DNA of 63,983 bases, the filler included, from Limisphaerales bacterium (lineage in GTDB: Bacteria; Verrucomicrobiota; Verrucomicrobiia; Limisphaerales; SIBE01): NCBI GenBank assembly GCA_044225505.1. It is 4 parts of 4 records of this genome, joined end to end, with 100 filler letters (N's around TTAATTAATTAA, not from the genome) between each part and the next. Parts side by side here need not be neighbours in the genome. Positions count along the whole stretch, not along the records: positions 1 to 17,191 come from JBGAIN010000171.1; 3 more parts are not named here. One strand, written 5' to 3'. This document shows positions 1-9,208 of the stretch, in pieces. Every line of letters starts with the position of its first letter. Position 1 is the stretch's first letter. The notes under the pieces are model-generated. The model was given only the letters and a program-made list of their open reading frames with translations, did not search any database and was not told the origin of the DNA. A program made the translations under genes and the position numbers.

Positions 1-150
1 TCCGATTCATGCAACGAGAACGCAGGTTCGTGTCTGCTGGCAGAGTTCGGGTCGGAAAAGCTGCGGCAAAACCGTTTTGAAAAAATCGGATAGATAACGT
101 TTTTTCTTGTTGACCAGGGCCCTAATGGCTGACCCCTTCGTGGAGAAACG

Positions 151-414
151 TCACAAGTCACCAGGTGACATTTGACGAGCCACGAGCAGGTCAATCTCAC
201 CTCGATGATCTTCGTACTATGCCAAGCACTCGTAGACGTGTGCTCGCGTGAGATTGGGGAAACAGTTCGCGATTAAGCTATCCACAGTCTCGCCGTTCTG
301 CAGGAGACCAATGACGTCATGCACTCCAATCCGAGTGCCTTCCACTCGCGCCTTACCGCCTCGCACTTCGGGAGTCGCGACGATATAACGATAGGGCTTT
401 TCGACCGTACTCAT
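151..414 (-). pseudogene. DUF433-family putative antitoxin interrupted by an in-frame TAG
   Basis: MSTVEKPYRYIVATPEVRGGKARVEGTRIGVHDVI...FPNLTRAHVYECLA matches the DUF433 pattern (GGxxxxxGTRI, PxL). TAG at 219-217 is followed in frame by YEDHRGEIDLLVARQMSPGDL* (TGA 153-151), the usual AYY.DH..EID tail. Confidence 0.8.
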
Positions 415-604
415 GATGGCAGGTAAATGTCCGGGCCCACCACACGCAAGCAACCTCCGGATTCAACAGTAAAAAGGCAACGACTGATTCTTACGAGTTT
501 GTCTACGAAGAAGCGGTGGGTGTCATCGTCATTTGGCTTATTAATCTCAAGCCTCCTGACGCTCCCGCCGCTTCTTCGTTCAAGCTGTGTGTGAATTTTC
601 CGGG

Positions 605-3340
605 CTAGCGCCCGTTCATCCCACGCGCGATCTGCATCTGGATATCGTTGGCTTCCTTGAGGCGGTCTCGGGGGATGCGGAGTTCGGTCGCTTGCGACAT
701 ATATTTGGCAGCGCTCCTAAAGTCCTGCTTGGCGATGGCCGTTTTAGCAAGTTCCATGAACGCTTCGGCAGTCTGGCCGCCCGCTTGACCGGCGAAATTG
801 GATTCTTCGCGTTTTCCAGTGCGTCCTCCAATGTTGGGCACGCCCGCTTTCGGACCGTAAGAGGTCGCGGCGAGGAAGTAGGACTGCGCTTCGGTGGTGC
901 GACCGAGCTTCTGGAGGGCTTTGCCAGCCCCGACTAACGAATCCGCAAGCAACGTGGCCATGTTGACCGGTGCGGGGACGGGAATGGGAGCAGCCCCTGG
1001 CTCGGGCAGCATCGCGGAGAACATTTGTGTGGCCTTTCCACCTGGGCCGAGGAGTTTGGCGACAGCGGCATTTCGGTCGTGGAAACGCAGGGCATCTTCC
1101 GGGGAAGCGTCGCTGGCCAAAAGTTGTCTCAGTTTCATGGCCAATCCAAAATCCTGGGCGTCGTGAGGGGGAATGGCGCCGACCCATACGGACGGATTGT
1201 CGAGTGCAAGACGCCCTTCTTCTAGGGCCAAGGCTAGGCGGAACTGGATCCGTGCGGCGTCGGCTTTGCCATCCGCCTGCAGCATGATTCCTTGATACGC
1301 TGGGATGCGTGCGTCCGCGGGGTCGAGTCGCCGGGCCGATTCGAGCAGGGCTCGGGCGGCGGCGAAATCGCGCGCCACGATCTTCTTCCATGCCTGTTTC
1401 AGGGTCCAACCAGCGCTGGTGTGAAAGAGTTGGGTAGTCGCGGACTGCTGCAGTTCAGCCTCGTCACGGCGGCCGGTTTTGACGAGCAGATCGACTAGCG
1501 CCTCGTTGGCTTCGAGCGAACCTGGCTTCTTGCGGATAGCTTCGCGCAGGGTCGCTTCGGCGGCCCCGGCTTGGCGCCTGCCAAACTGCACGTCGGCCAG
1601 GAGTAACTCCCCTTCGAACGTGCCTTTGGTGACGTTGAGCGCGGCGTTGATGGCGGAATCCGCGCGGTGATAAAGGTCCGCGGCGGCGCTGTCCAATTGG
1701 TCCGCGCGCTGCAGGTCCGCGTTGCTGGGGGGATAATGAGTCGTCACGGTCACCTCGTAAACGCCGTCGCTTCGGTTTTCGGTGTGGCTGCTGGAGGAGC
1801 TTCGGGGCACGCGCAGGGAAGCGGCCTGGAGCGCCAGGCTGTTGGCCCGGTCGACCCAATACTTGGCGCGGAGGCGCAGCGCTTCCGGGTTTTTGCCGGC
1901 AAAGGAGAGGACCTGGTCAACCAGGCGCTCGGCTTCAGCGTCATTCCCGAGGCGGGAGAGCGTCAGCGCTTTCTGCATAAGGGCGCGGATGCTTTTGGCG
2001 TCCAGGGCGACAGCTTCGTTACAGAGCTGAATGGCGCGGTCGAGTTCCGCGCGTTCATTTGGACGCATGCGATAAGGCGTGAGCGCGCGGCGCGGTTCAA
2101 CCGCTTCGCCGCGGCGGTCTGGGCGGGATTCATCCGTAAGGTATTTGGCCAGGTCCACTTTCACATCGACGTTCTTAGGTTTGGCCGCGATGGCCGCTTC
2201 CAGTTGGCGGAGGCGATCCTGATAAGACTCATCGTAGCGCCGGCGCCGGGCACCCGCGGCTCGGTGAAAGGCGGCGGCGTCAGCCACGAGTTGGGTGGAG
2301 GATTGACCTGCCTGAACCTTCTGTTCGAGGGCAGCGAAGAGGGCGAGGGGTTCGCCGGAAACGAGTGATGAAGCCAAGGCCTTGTCGATCACCTCGCGGT
2401 ATGGTTTGGCTTCATTCGCGTCCAATTGGACAGCGATTTCTAAATCGGCGCGGGCGCGCTGCGCGTCCCCAAGTTTAGCAGCCGCGACGGCACGTTCCAG
2501 GTAAGCGGTGCTGAAGCGCGTGCGCGATGTGAGGGCAAAAGTCGCTTCCTGCCGAGCACTGGCGTTGCGGCCGAGCCCGAGCCACGCGTCCGCGGTGTAG
2601 TAAGCCAGAAGCGGATCGGCTGGATAGGGGATGCGCGCGAAATTGACTTCACTAAGGCTGGCGGCGAATTGGCGTTGGGCGTTCAGCCTCTTCGCCCGCT
2701 CGAGATGCGCTTGGGCAAGATCGGGCGAAGCTTGAAAGCGCGCCGCAAACCAGCGCGCGGCCTGGAGACGCAAAGGCCCGGTGACTTTGGGATCTGGCTG
2801 CTTTTGCCATTCGCGGGGCGCGCCATATCCATTCCTGGCCATTTCATAGTAAACGAACGAGGCAAAGTCAGTTGGGTAATCATTGCCGCCTTGCACCATA
2901 TGACCTGGCATGCTGACGGCCGTATTGGGCATGAGCTCCGAGCCGGATTGGTCAAAGCGTCTTCCGCCAATACGGTGCTCCGCCGTGGCGAAGCCACCCA
3001 TGGTCTCGAACACGTACGTCCAGAACTCCGGTTCCCGATTCTTGCGGCCGCCTCCGGTATTGGCGTTGGGCAATCGGGCCAACTCCAGGACAGCGTCCTG
3101 GCAACGCTCGCCCAGCCCCAACGTCACCGCGTGGGCAAGAGGAAAGCGGGCATCGCTCGGGGCGAGCTCCTGAGCTTTGGCGAAGGCGGCGCTGGCCGGG
3201 TCCCACCGGCCGTTGGCCAGATGCTCGAGACCTTCGGAAAAGGCGATCGAGGCAGGGTTGGGGGCGGACTCAGCCGCGCGGGGTGCCAATGGGGTCGCGA
3301 GAAAACCAGCGAGGGCAATAATAAGGTGAACGTGCTTCAT
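605..3340 (-). CDS. Secreted tetratricopeptide-repeat (TPR) protein
   Basis: Signal peptide from MKHVHLIIALAGFLATPLAPRAA; several TPR-like helical repeats (AYLERAVAAAKLGDAQRARADLEIAVQLDA, ALMQKALTLSRLGNDAEAERLVDQVL). Start chosen at ATG 3340 within ORF 605..3364. Confidence 0.8.
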   Translation of the reverse strand: MKHVHLIIALAGFLATPLAPRAAESAPNPASIAFSEGLEHLANGRWDPASAAFAKAQELAPSDARFPLAHAVTLGLGERCQDAVLELARLPNANTGGGRKNREPEFWTYVFETMGGFATAEHRIGGRRFDQSGSELMPNTAVSMPGHMVQGGNDYPTDFASFVYYEMARNGYGAPREWQKQPDPKVTGPLRLQAARWFAARFQASPDLAQAHLERAKRLNAQRQFAASLSEVNFARIPYPADPLLAYYTADAWLGLGRNASARQEATFALTSRTRFSTAYLERAVAAAKLGDAQRARADLEIAVQLDANEAKPYREVIDKALASSLVSGEPLALFAALEQKVQAGQSSTQLVADAAAFHRAAGARRRRYDESYQDRLRQLEAAIAAKPKNVDVKVDLAKYLTDESRPDRRGEAVEPRRALTPYRMRPNERAELDRAIQLCNEAVALDAKSIRALMQKALTLSRLGNDAEAERLVDQVLSFAGKNPEALRLRAKYWVDRANSLALQAASLRVPRSSSSSHTENRSDGVYEVTVTTHYPPSNADLQRADQLDSAAADLYHRADSAINAALNVTKGTFEGELLLADVQFGRRQAGAAEATLREAIRKKPGSLEANEALVDLLVKTGRRDEAELQQSATTQLFHTSAGWTLKQAWKKIVARDFAAARALLESARRLDPADARIPAYQGIMLQADGKADAARIQFRLALALEEGRLALDNPSVWVGAIPPHDAQDFGLAMKLRQLLASDASPEDALRFHDRNAAVAKLLGPGGKATQMFSAMLPEPGAAPIPVPAPVNMATLLADSLVGAGKALQKLGRTTEAQSYFLAATSYGPKAGVPNIGGRTGKREESNFAGQAGGQTAEAFMELAKTAIAKQDFRSAAKYMSQATELRIPRDRLKEANDIQMQIARGMNGR

Positions 3341-3444
3341 GGGAACCTGGCGTCGAGGCCGCACCGGTGCGGTCGCCCGAATGGTCGGTCACGATAGAGT
3401 GGACACCGTGCGTTCGCAAGACTCAACGCGAGGCTGGGAGTCGA

Positions 3445-6246
3445 TCAGATCTTCCCCAGCGGGCTGACCAAAGACGGAAGCGGTTTACCTGGCTGCCGTT
3501 CGCGCAGGATCTGCTGGAGGCGAGTTCGGGCGACCCAGGCTTCCACTTCATCCCATGTGAGTGGGCGAACGCCCTGAGCGTTGGGGGGCGGCCGGGAGGT
3601 CGATCGGATCCGGAATTCCCAACGATCCAAATCATGAACGCGGTCCAGGCCACCGAGGATCCGCAACGATTCCAGGGCGGCAATCGTGTCCCGGGCACTT
3701 CCGTCAATGTGGTATTCGTTGTAGCCTCCGGAATCGGGGGAGGTGAAAAAACCTCGACCGCGATGATGTCGAAGAATGCCGCGAATGCACGCGTCGTGAT
3801 CGATTTGGTCCAGTCCGCCCAGGATCTCCAAGGCGGCGATGGCGAAATAGGTATCCTGTAATGCGGGAAAGCAAGGAGTGAAGAATAAGCCGCGCATAGC
3901 TCGCCAGTGGCGGCGGCGTGGTTGGTCAGGAAGATTGGGGGATGAGACTTGGGTGGCTGCGATCTGCTCAATGAGTTGCGCGCGATGGATGAGGTCCAGA
4001 CAACCGAGTCTTTGCAGTAGACGGAGTTGGCTCAAGCCATCCAATCCTATCCGTCGCACTTCGAATCGTTCCTGCTGCACCCAGGACCACGCTTGGCGAC
4101 GGGTCAGGAGGGAAGTCCATGATTCCGGCGCGGCCTTGTGAGCGAGGCGCAATGCGTCAGCGACTTCGCGGGTCGTGAGGTTTAGATCTTCCAGACTGAT
4201 CCAGCCCTCGGCAAAGGCGCGCCTGGGCAAGGGCGCGCACCAGATTGATGCAGAGCGCTCGGGCTGTTCTTTCCAGGCGTCAAATCCGTTGCCACCTGCG
4301 ACGCTGTTTCGCATGGCGCGCACCCCTTCGGTGGAAAAGAGATTCGTCGACGGCAACGCCAACGAAGTGAACAGAGCAACCGCAGGATCGTTCCACGAAA
4401 ACTGATTAGGCTGAGGAGGGGGAGTTGGTGCGCTCAAAAAGGTTCGCACTTGCGCCTCCGTCAAAGGCACGACGTGCATCCGATCCATCCAAGCGGGATG
4501 CCAGATCTGTAGCAGTCCGAGCAGCAAAAAAAGAAGGATCGTCGCGCCCAGGTAGCGTTTCCACCAGCGCGTGGCTCGAGACCGTGCCGGATCTACGAGG
4601 AATACATCGGCGACGGCCGTCTCGCCCAGCGCCGCCAGCGCGATGAGTCGTTCGTCTTTGAGGAACGCATCCCAACCCTGTCGAACTGATTCCTCCACAA
4701 TAACCTCGAGTGCGCTGGCTTCGTGGACCGGGCGGTAGGTGATTTGTTGTAAATCCGACTCGTCGGAAGCACTGCAATGTGCCGTCACGGAGCCGTTATA
4801 GCCGAGCAGCACGGATGAGCTGCGGCCCCCGAAAGGCCAGAGCGTGCGTTTCATGGCTCGCAAAAAGTGAGCGCTTACGGGCGACAGGATCAACCGCAGG
4901 CCCGACCGGTCCCAATGGAAGTTTGTGATCAGAAAACGGCCGCCTAGAAACCGCGCGAAAGCCAGGAGTTGATCACGCCTGAACGCCTGGAGCGGCAGGA
5001 TGGCCCGTTGATCGCCGGGGCGTTCGGGGAGCAACCCATGCGCCGCACGCAAAAACAGGCTGTAATCCATGCGCACTGGGCGTCGCGGAAAGACAAAGAG
5101 GAGCAGCGCCATGCCAGGCAGGAACAACCAGACGAAGGCGCCCGCGGACCACCAGTCCAGTGACATCCCCAGGAACCCGAGCGGCGCTAGAAGACCGTAA
5201 CAGAACATCCCAAGGTGGTAAGGACTTCGGGCGATGCTCAGGGAGCGGAGGGACATCAGAAGCAAAGCGACAGACAGGACGGCCCAAAACCATAGCTGCC
5301 CGCCTGACCCGAATGCCGTCGTGGTCATACGACTGAAGAAAAACACCGCCGCCATGAGGACCGGAAACCCCCACAGAAAGCTCCGCACCCACTGTGCATG
5401 CAAGCGGGGGCGAAACCCTTCCGGATCGCGGAAGTTCCGTCGTTCCACCGCGCTGACCATTGAAACGAACAGCAAGCTCGGCAGGCTGCTCAGTACCCCG
5501 AAGAGAGGCGCGGACCAGGAGAACACGGTCTTGCTCAGCACCCCGGTGATCTTGCCCAGGAATCCCGAGGTGACCGTTGCTCCCGCGCCCGCGGCTGCGA
5601 AGGCAGACGTGGCCGCGGCGGCTTTGGCCAGGTGGATCAAACCCGCCGGCGCAGCCTGGACAGCGTTACTGGAAATGGCGGCAGCCAAAGCGGAGGTCGT
5701 GAGCGCAATGCCGCGTTGGGAGAAAATCCGGCGCAGCTTTTGCAGAGCTCGCGTGACGCGCTTTTGGGCGGTGGCTTCCTCGGTCCGGAGCACATGGGCA
5801 ATTTCGCGCGCCGATTTACTTTCGAAATAGCGCAACACGAGCGCGGCGCGATCCGCTTCGCCCAGTTGGGCCATGGCGTCATCGAGGTGTGGCGCGATAT
5901 CTTCCCAGGGTGTGGACTCAGGGGTGGCGATGGATTGTTGCATGTGGGCCTCCTGCTCGCGCTGCTGGCGGCGACGTTGGGCTCTAAGAATGTCTTTGGC
6001 TGTGTAGTTGGTGGTGCGGTACAACCACGCGGACACAATGGTGTCCGGCCCCAAGGACGCTGCTTTCCTCGCCAGTGTAAGGAACACGTTCTGCGCCACT
6101 TCCTCCGCCAGATGAGGATCTTGCACTTGGCGCAGGGCGGCCGAATGCACCAATCCGAGATGACGATCTACCAAGGCGGCAAATGCCTCTTCTGAGTGAC
6201 GGGTTGCGAATGCCCGCACGAGAGTGATATCGTCGCTTGTCATCAT
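3445..6246 (-). CDS. ECF sigma-70 factor with long C-terminal extension (several TM helices plus prenyltransferase/squalene-oxidase-like repeats)
   Basis: Region 2 (AFAALVDRHLGLVHSAALRQVQDPHLAEEVAQNVFLTL, SAWLY) and region 4 (DRAALVLRYFESKSAREIA...QKRVTRAL). Hydrophobic segments about aa 225-390 and 565-585. C-terminal repeats LQDTYFAIAALEILG and ARDTIAALESLRILG. Confidence 0.85.
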   Translation of the reverse strand: MMTSDDITLVRAFATRHSEEAFAALVDRHLGLVHSAALRQVQDPHLAEEVAQNVFLTLARKAASLGPDTIVSAWLYRTTNYTAKDILRAQRRRQQREQEAHMQQSIATPESTPWEDIAPHLDDAMAQLGEADRAALVLRYFESKSAREIAHVLRTEEATAQKRVTRALQKLRRIFSQRGIALTTSALAAAISSNAVQAAPAGLIHLAKAAAATSAFAAAGAGATVTSGFLGKITGVLSKTVFSWSAPLFGVLSSLPSLLFVSMVSAVERRNFRDPEGFRPRLHAQWVRSFLWGFPVLMAAVFFFSRMTTTAFGSGGQLWFWAVLSVALLLMSLRSLSIARSPYHLGMFCYGLLAPLGFLGMSLDWWSAGAFVWLFLPGMALLLFVFPRRPVRMDYSLFLRAAHGLLPERPGDQRAILPLQAFRRDQLLAFARFLGGRFLITNFHWDRSGLRLILSPVSAHFLRAMKRTLWPFGGRSSSVLLGYNGSVTAHCSASDESDLQQITYRPVHEASALEVIVEESVRQGWDAFLKDERLIALAALGETAVADVFLVDPARSRATRWWKRYLGATILLFLLLGLLQIWHPAWMDRMHVVPLTEAQVRTFLSAPTPPPQPNQFSWNDPAVALFTSLALPSTNLFSTEGVRAMRNSVAGGNGFDAWKEQPERSASIWCAPLPRRAFAEGWISLEDLNLTTREVADALRLAHKAAPESWTSLLTRRQAWSWVQQERFEVRRIGLDGLSQLRLLQRLGCLDLIHRAQLIEQIAATQVSSPNLPDQPRRRHWRAMRGLFFTPCFPALQDTYFAIAALEILGGLDQIDHDACIRGILRHHRGRGFFTSPDSGGYNEYHIDGSARDTIAALESLRILGGLDRVHDLDRWEFRIRSTSRPPPNAQGVRPLTWDEVEAWVARTRLQQILRERQPGKPLPSLVSPLGKI

Positions 6247-6248
6247 CT

Positions 6249-6283
6249 AATACATGGCCGCTCTTTGGAGAATCGGACAGCCC
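6249..6283 (-). promoter_or_regulatory. Candidate ECF-dependent promoter GGGCTGTCCGA-N16-CATGTATT directly before the ATG
   Basis: Same elements and spacing as 26888-26922 upstream of the other extended ECF; ends 2 nt before ATG 6246. Confidence 0.6.
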
Positions 6284-6463
6284 AATTCGAAAGGCATCCC
6301 GGCCCGCGGAACGTTTCCATGGTCCGCGAAGGCGGCAGAGAACGCGATGCGCGGGCACAAAGGGCGCGACTGCATTCGGCAAAACAAGCGTCCTGGTGGG
6401 AAATCCAGCTTGAGCTGTAGCTCCATCGGCTTTTACTGTGAGGGAGATCCAAACTTGCTGGCC

Positions 6464-8125
6464 ATGCAACCGCAACTCGCGACTCCCCCGTCGATGGCTC
6501 TTCCCCGTCGCGGACTTGTAAGCTTCCTTTGGGCCTTCCTGATCTGCACGCTTTGCGGAGTCTCCCCGGCTGGATTTCGGGTGGGGTATTCCGCCGAGGG
6601 GCCGACGCGTCCTAATATCCTGCTGATCCTGGCAGATGATATGGGATTCGCCGATGCCGGGTGCTATGGAAGCGAAATTGCTACTCCGAACTTGGACAGG
6701 CTGGCGGCCACAGGACTGCGCTTTACCCAATTCTATAACACGGCCCGCTGTTGGCCGACGCGAGCGGCGTTGCTCACAGGCTATTATCCGCAGCAAATCC
6801 GCATGGATCCGCCACAGGGGACACTGCCCAGTTGGGCGCGGTTGCTTCCGCATTACTTGAAACCGCTCGGCTACCGTTCGTATCATAGCGGTAAATGGCA
6901 CGTGAACGGCGCGCCCCGGCCGATCCTCGACGGCGGGTTTGACCGGTCCTACCGGTTGGAAGATCACGATCGAAACTTCTACCCGACGAATGTGTGGGTG
7001 GACGACGTGGCACAGCCTGCGGTGTTAAAGGGGAGCACTTACTATACGACCAGTGCGTTCTCAGACTTTCTTATCCAGTGCCTTGAGCAACACGCACGAG
7101 AATACCGGGATCAACCATTCTTTGGATACCTGGCGTTTACTGTCCCGCACTTTCCGCTGCAAGCACCCGCGGAGGATATTGACCGATACCGTGGTCGCTA
7201 TACCGAGGGTTGGGACAAGATTCGAGCGCAGCGTTACGACCGTCAGGTGAAGTTAGGCCTCGTGAATTGTGCTCTGAGCGAAGTGGAATCTCTTGCGGTC
7301 CCGCATTGGAATCCATCGGATAGGGATCTCAAAGCGCAGTTCGGGCAAGGCGAAGTGGGACATGCCGCGCCATGGGCGACGCTGAGCAGCGAAGAACAGC
7401 AATTTCAGGCCGCTAAGATGTCGATCCACGCAGCCATGATTGATCGCATGGATCGTGAGATCGGTCGCGTCCTGGACCACCTTCGAGACAACAAGCTCCT
7501 GGACAACACGCTCGTAATCTTTGCCTCGGACAATGGCGCCAGCGCAGAGTTTGTCAATCGAGGGGATAAGCACGATCGATCCGCGGAACTTGGGTCAGGA
7601 GGAAGCTTTCTCTGTTTGGGTCCCGGTTGGTCGACGATGAGCAATACTCCGTTTCGATTGCACAAGTCCTGGGTGCATGAAGGTGGAATTGCCAGCCCGT
7701 TGATTGTGCGTTGGCCCAAGGGAGTGCCTAGGCAGGGCGAGTGGCGGCACACCGTCGGGCATGTCATCGATATTGTTCCGACCGTGCTGGAAGTGGCTGG
7801 TGCAACGCCGCCCGAGGCCTCGAGGGAAGGCCGCCCACCCTGTCCCGGCCACAGTTTGCGGCCGGCATTTGCCGCCGACGTCGATATCCCGCGGGATTTT
7901 CTCTATTTTCACCACGATGGAAATCGCGCCCTCCGCATGGGCGACTGGAAACTCGTTTCAAAACGACCAAACACGAACCAATACGCACTCTACAACCTCG
8001 CGCATGACCGTTCGGAGCGCCTGGACTTATCGCACGAACAACCGGCCCGCGTCGCCGAGATGGAGACTCGCTGGGCGGAAATCGAGGCGGACTTTCGGCG
8101 AACAGCCTCTGCGCCCAGCCGATAA
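6464..8125 (+). CDS. Arylsulfatase (Cys-type formylglycine sulfatase), secreted
   Basis: RPNILLILADDMG, CWPTRAALLTG (CxPxR), GKWH, NTLVIFASDNG, HEGGIASPLIVRWP. Start uncertain; ORF open from 6254. Confidence 0.93.
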   Translation: MQPQLATPPSMALPRRGLVSFLWAFLICTLCGVSPAGFRVGYSAEGPTRPNILLILADDMGFADAGCYGSEIATPNLDRLAATGLRFTQFYNTARCWPTRAALLTGYYPQQIRMDPPQGTLPSWARLLPHYLKPLGYRSYHSGKWHVNGAPRPILDGGFDRSYRLEDHDRNFYPTNVWVDDVAQPAVLKGSTYYTTSAFSDFLIQCLEQHAREYRDQPFFGYLAFTVPHFPLQAPAEDIDRYRGRYTEGWDKIRAQRYDRQVKLGLVNCALSEVESLAVPHWNPSDRDLKAQFGQGEVGHAAPWATLSSEEQQFQAAKMSIHAAMIDRMDREIGRVLDHLRDNKLLDNTLVIFASDNGASAEFVNRGDKHDRSAELGSGGSFLCLGPGWSTMSNTPFRLHKSWVHEGGIASPLIVRWPKGVPRQGEWRHTVGHVIDIVPTVLEVAGATPPEASREGRPPCPGHSLRPAFAADVDIPRDFLYFHHDGNRALRMGDWKLVSKRPNTNQYALYNLAHDRSERLDLSHEQPARVAEMETRWAEIEADFRRTASAPSR

Positions 8126-8285
8126 TGGTAGCCCGCGGACCGGGAAGAAAAACTGGAGCGGGGACGATAGCCAGATTCCGACCCCAGGCTGTTTCAAACT
8201 TGTCACGCAAATCTCCTGGCCAACCTGTGGTCCGGTGTTTAGCGTTCAGCCCCGTTGTATCGGTACAATCGAGAATCCACGACAT

Positions 8286-9206
8286 ATGGGAAACAAAATC
8301 CACTTTCAGTTTACAGGAATGGCCCTCGCTTCCGTTGCCATCGGCATGCTCCTCGTCAGCGGGAACGTCCAGGGCGCGGTTGCTGGCGTAAAGCATGTGG
8401 TCATTGTCGGGTGCGATGGCTTAAGTCCGGACGGCGTACGCCGCGCCCCGACGCCGATCATGGACAGTATCATGACAAACGGAGCTTGGACCTTGCGCGC
8501 TCGAGGGGTGATGCCGACGTCGAGCAGCCCGAACTGGGCGTCCATGATAATGGCGGCCGGCCCGGAACGTCATGGAGTCACCTCCAACGATTGGCAGACG
8601 AACAAGTTCGAGATTCCGCCATTAGCGAAAGGTTCGGGAACGATATTTCCGACCATCTTTGGAGTGCTGCGCGAACAGAGGCCGTCCGCTGTCATCGCTT
8701 GCTTCCATGATTGGGACGATTTTGGCCGCCTTTTCGAGCGGGCTGCGGCCGATTTTATCGAAGACAGTGTTGGGCCCACCAACGCCGTCCGCCATGCGAT
8801 CGCCTACTTTGCCTCCCATCACCCGACCTTCACATTCATCCATTTGGACCATGTGGATCATGCGGGACACGAGTTTGGGCATGGAACGCCGGAATATTAT
8901 GCTTCCGTTGAAGTGGCGGACAAACTGATCGGGGAAGTCATCGAAGGCTTGAGGAGCGCCGGGATGCTCGACTCGACGCTGCTGCTGATCACGTCGGATC
9001 ACGGTGGGGTTGGCAAAAAGCACGGCGGCGCGACCATGGCGGAGTTGGAGATCCCCTGGCTGGTCCAGGGACCTGGAGTTGTCGCTGGCCATGAAATTCA
9101 AAGTCCGGTCAATACGATCGACACCGCCGCAACGGTGGCTTACGTCTTCGGGTTGACGCCGCCCGCCGTTTGGATCGGGCAGCCGGTCCGGGAGGCATTT
9201 CCATAA
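8286..9206 (+). CDS. Alkaline phosphatase superfamily (type I phosphodiesterase/nucleotide pyrophosphatase-like) protein, secreted
   Basis: Signal peptide; KHVVIVGCDGL, PTSSSPNWASM, DHVDHAGH and ITSDHGG motifs. Start at ATG 8286 inside ORF 7704..9206. Confidence 0.88.
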   Translation: MGNKIHFQFTGMALASVAIGMLLVSGNVQGAVAGVKHVVIVGCDGLSPDGVRRAPTPIMDSIMTNGAWTLRARGVMPTSSSPNWASMIMAAGPERHGVTSNDWQTNKFEIPPLAKGSGTIFPTIFGVLREQRPSAVIACFHDWDDFGRLFERAAADFIEDSVGPTNAVRHAIAYFASHHPTFTFIHLDHVDHAGHEFGHGTPEYYASVEVADKLIGEVIEGLRSAGMLDSTLLLITSDHGGVGKKHGGATMAELEIPWLVQGPGVVAGHEIQSPVNTIDTAATVAYVFGLTPPAVWIGQPVREAFP

Positions 9207-9208
9207 AG

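Noticed and set aside
217..219. Amber recoding or an alternative genetic code
   Set aside because: TAG is a normal stop elsewhere (for example at 53198, 56705 and 63709, each followed by a terminator).
5984..6967. 327-aa minus-strand ORF and many similar 100-300-aa ORFs
   Set aside because: Antisense shadows of well-supported genes in GC-rich DNA, with no motifs of their own.
7704..8285. Long N-terminal extension on the phosphoesterase ORF
   Set aside because: It overlaps the sulfatase in another frame; the signal peptide begins at 8286.
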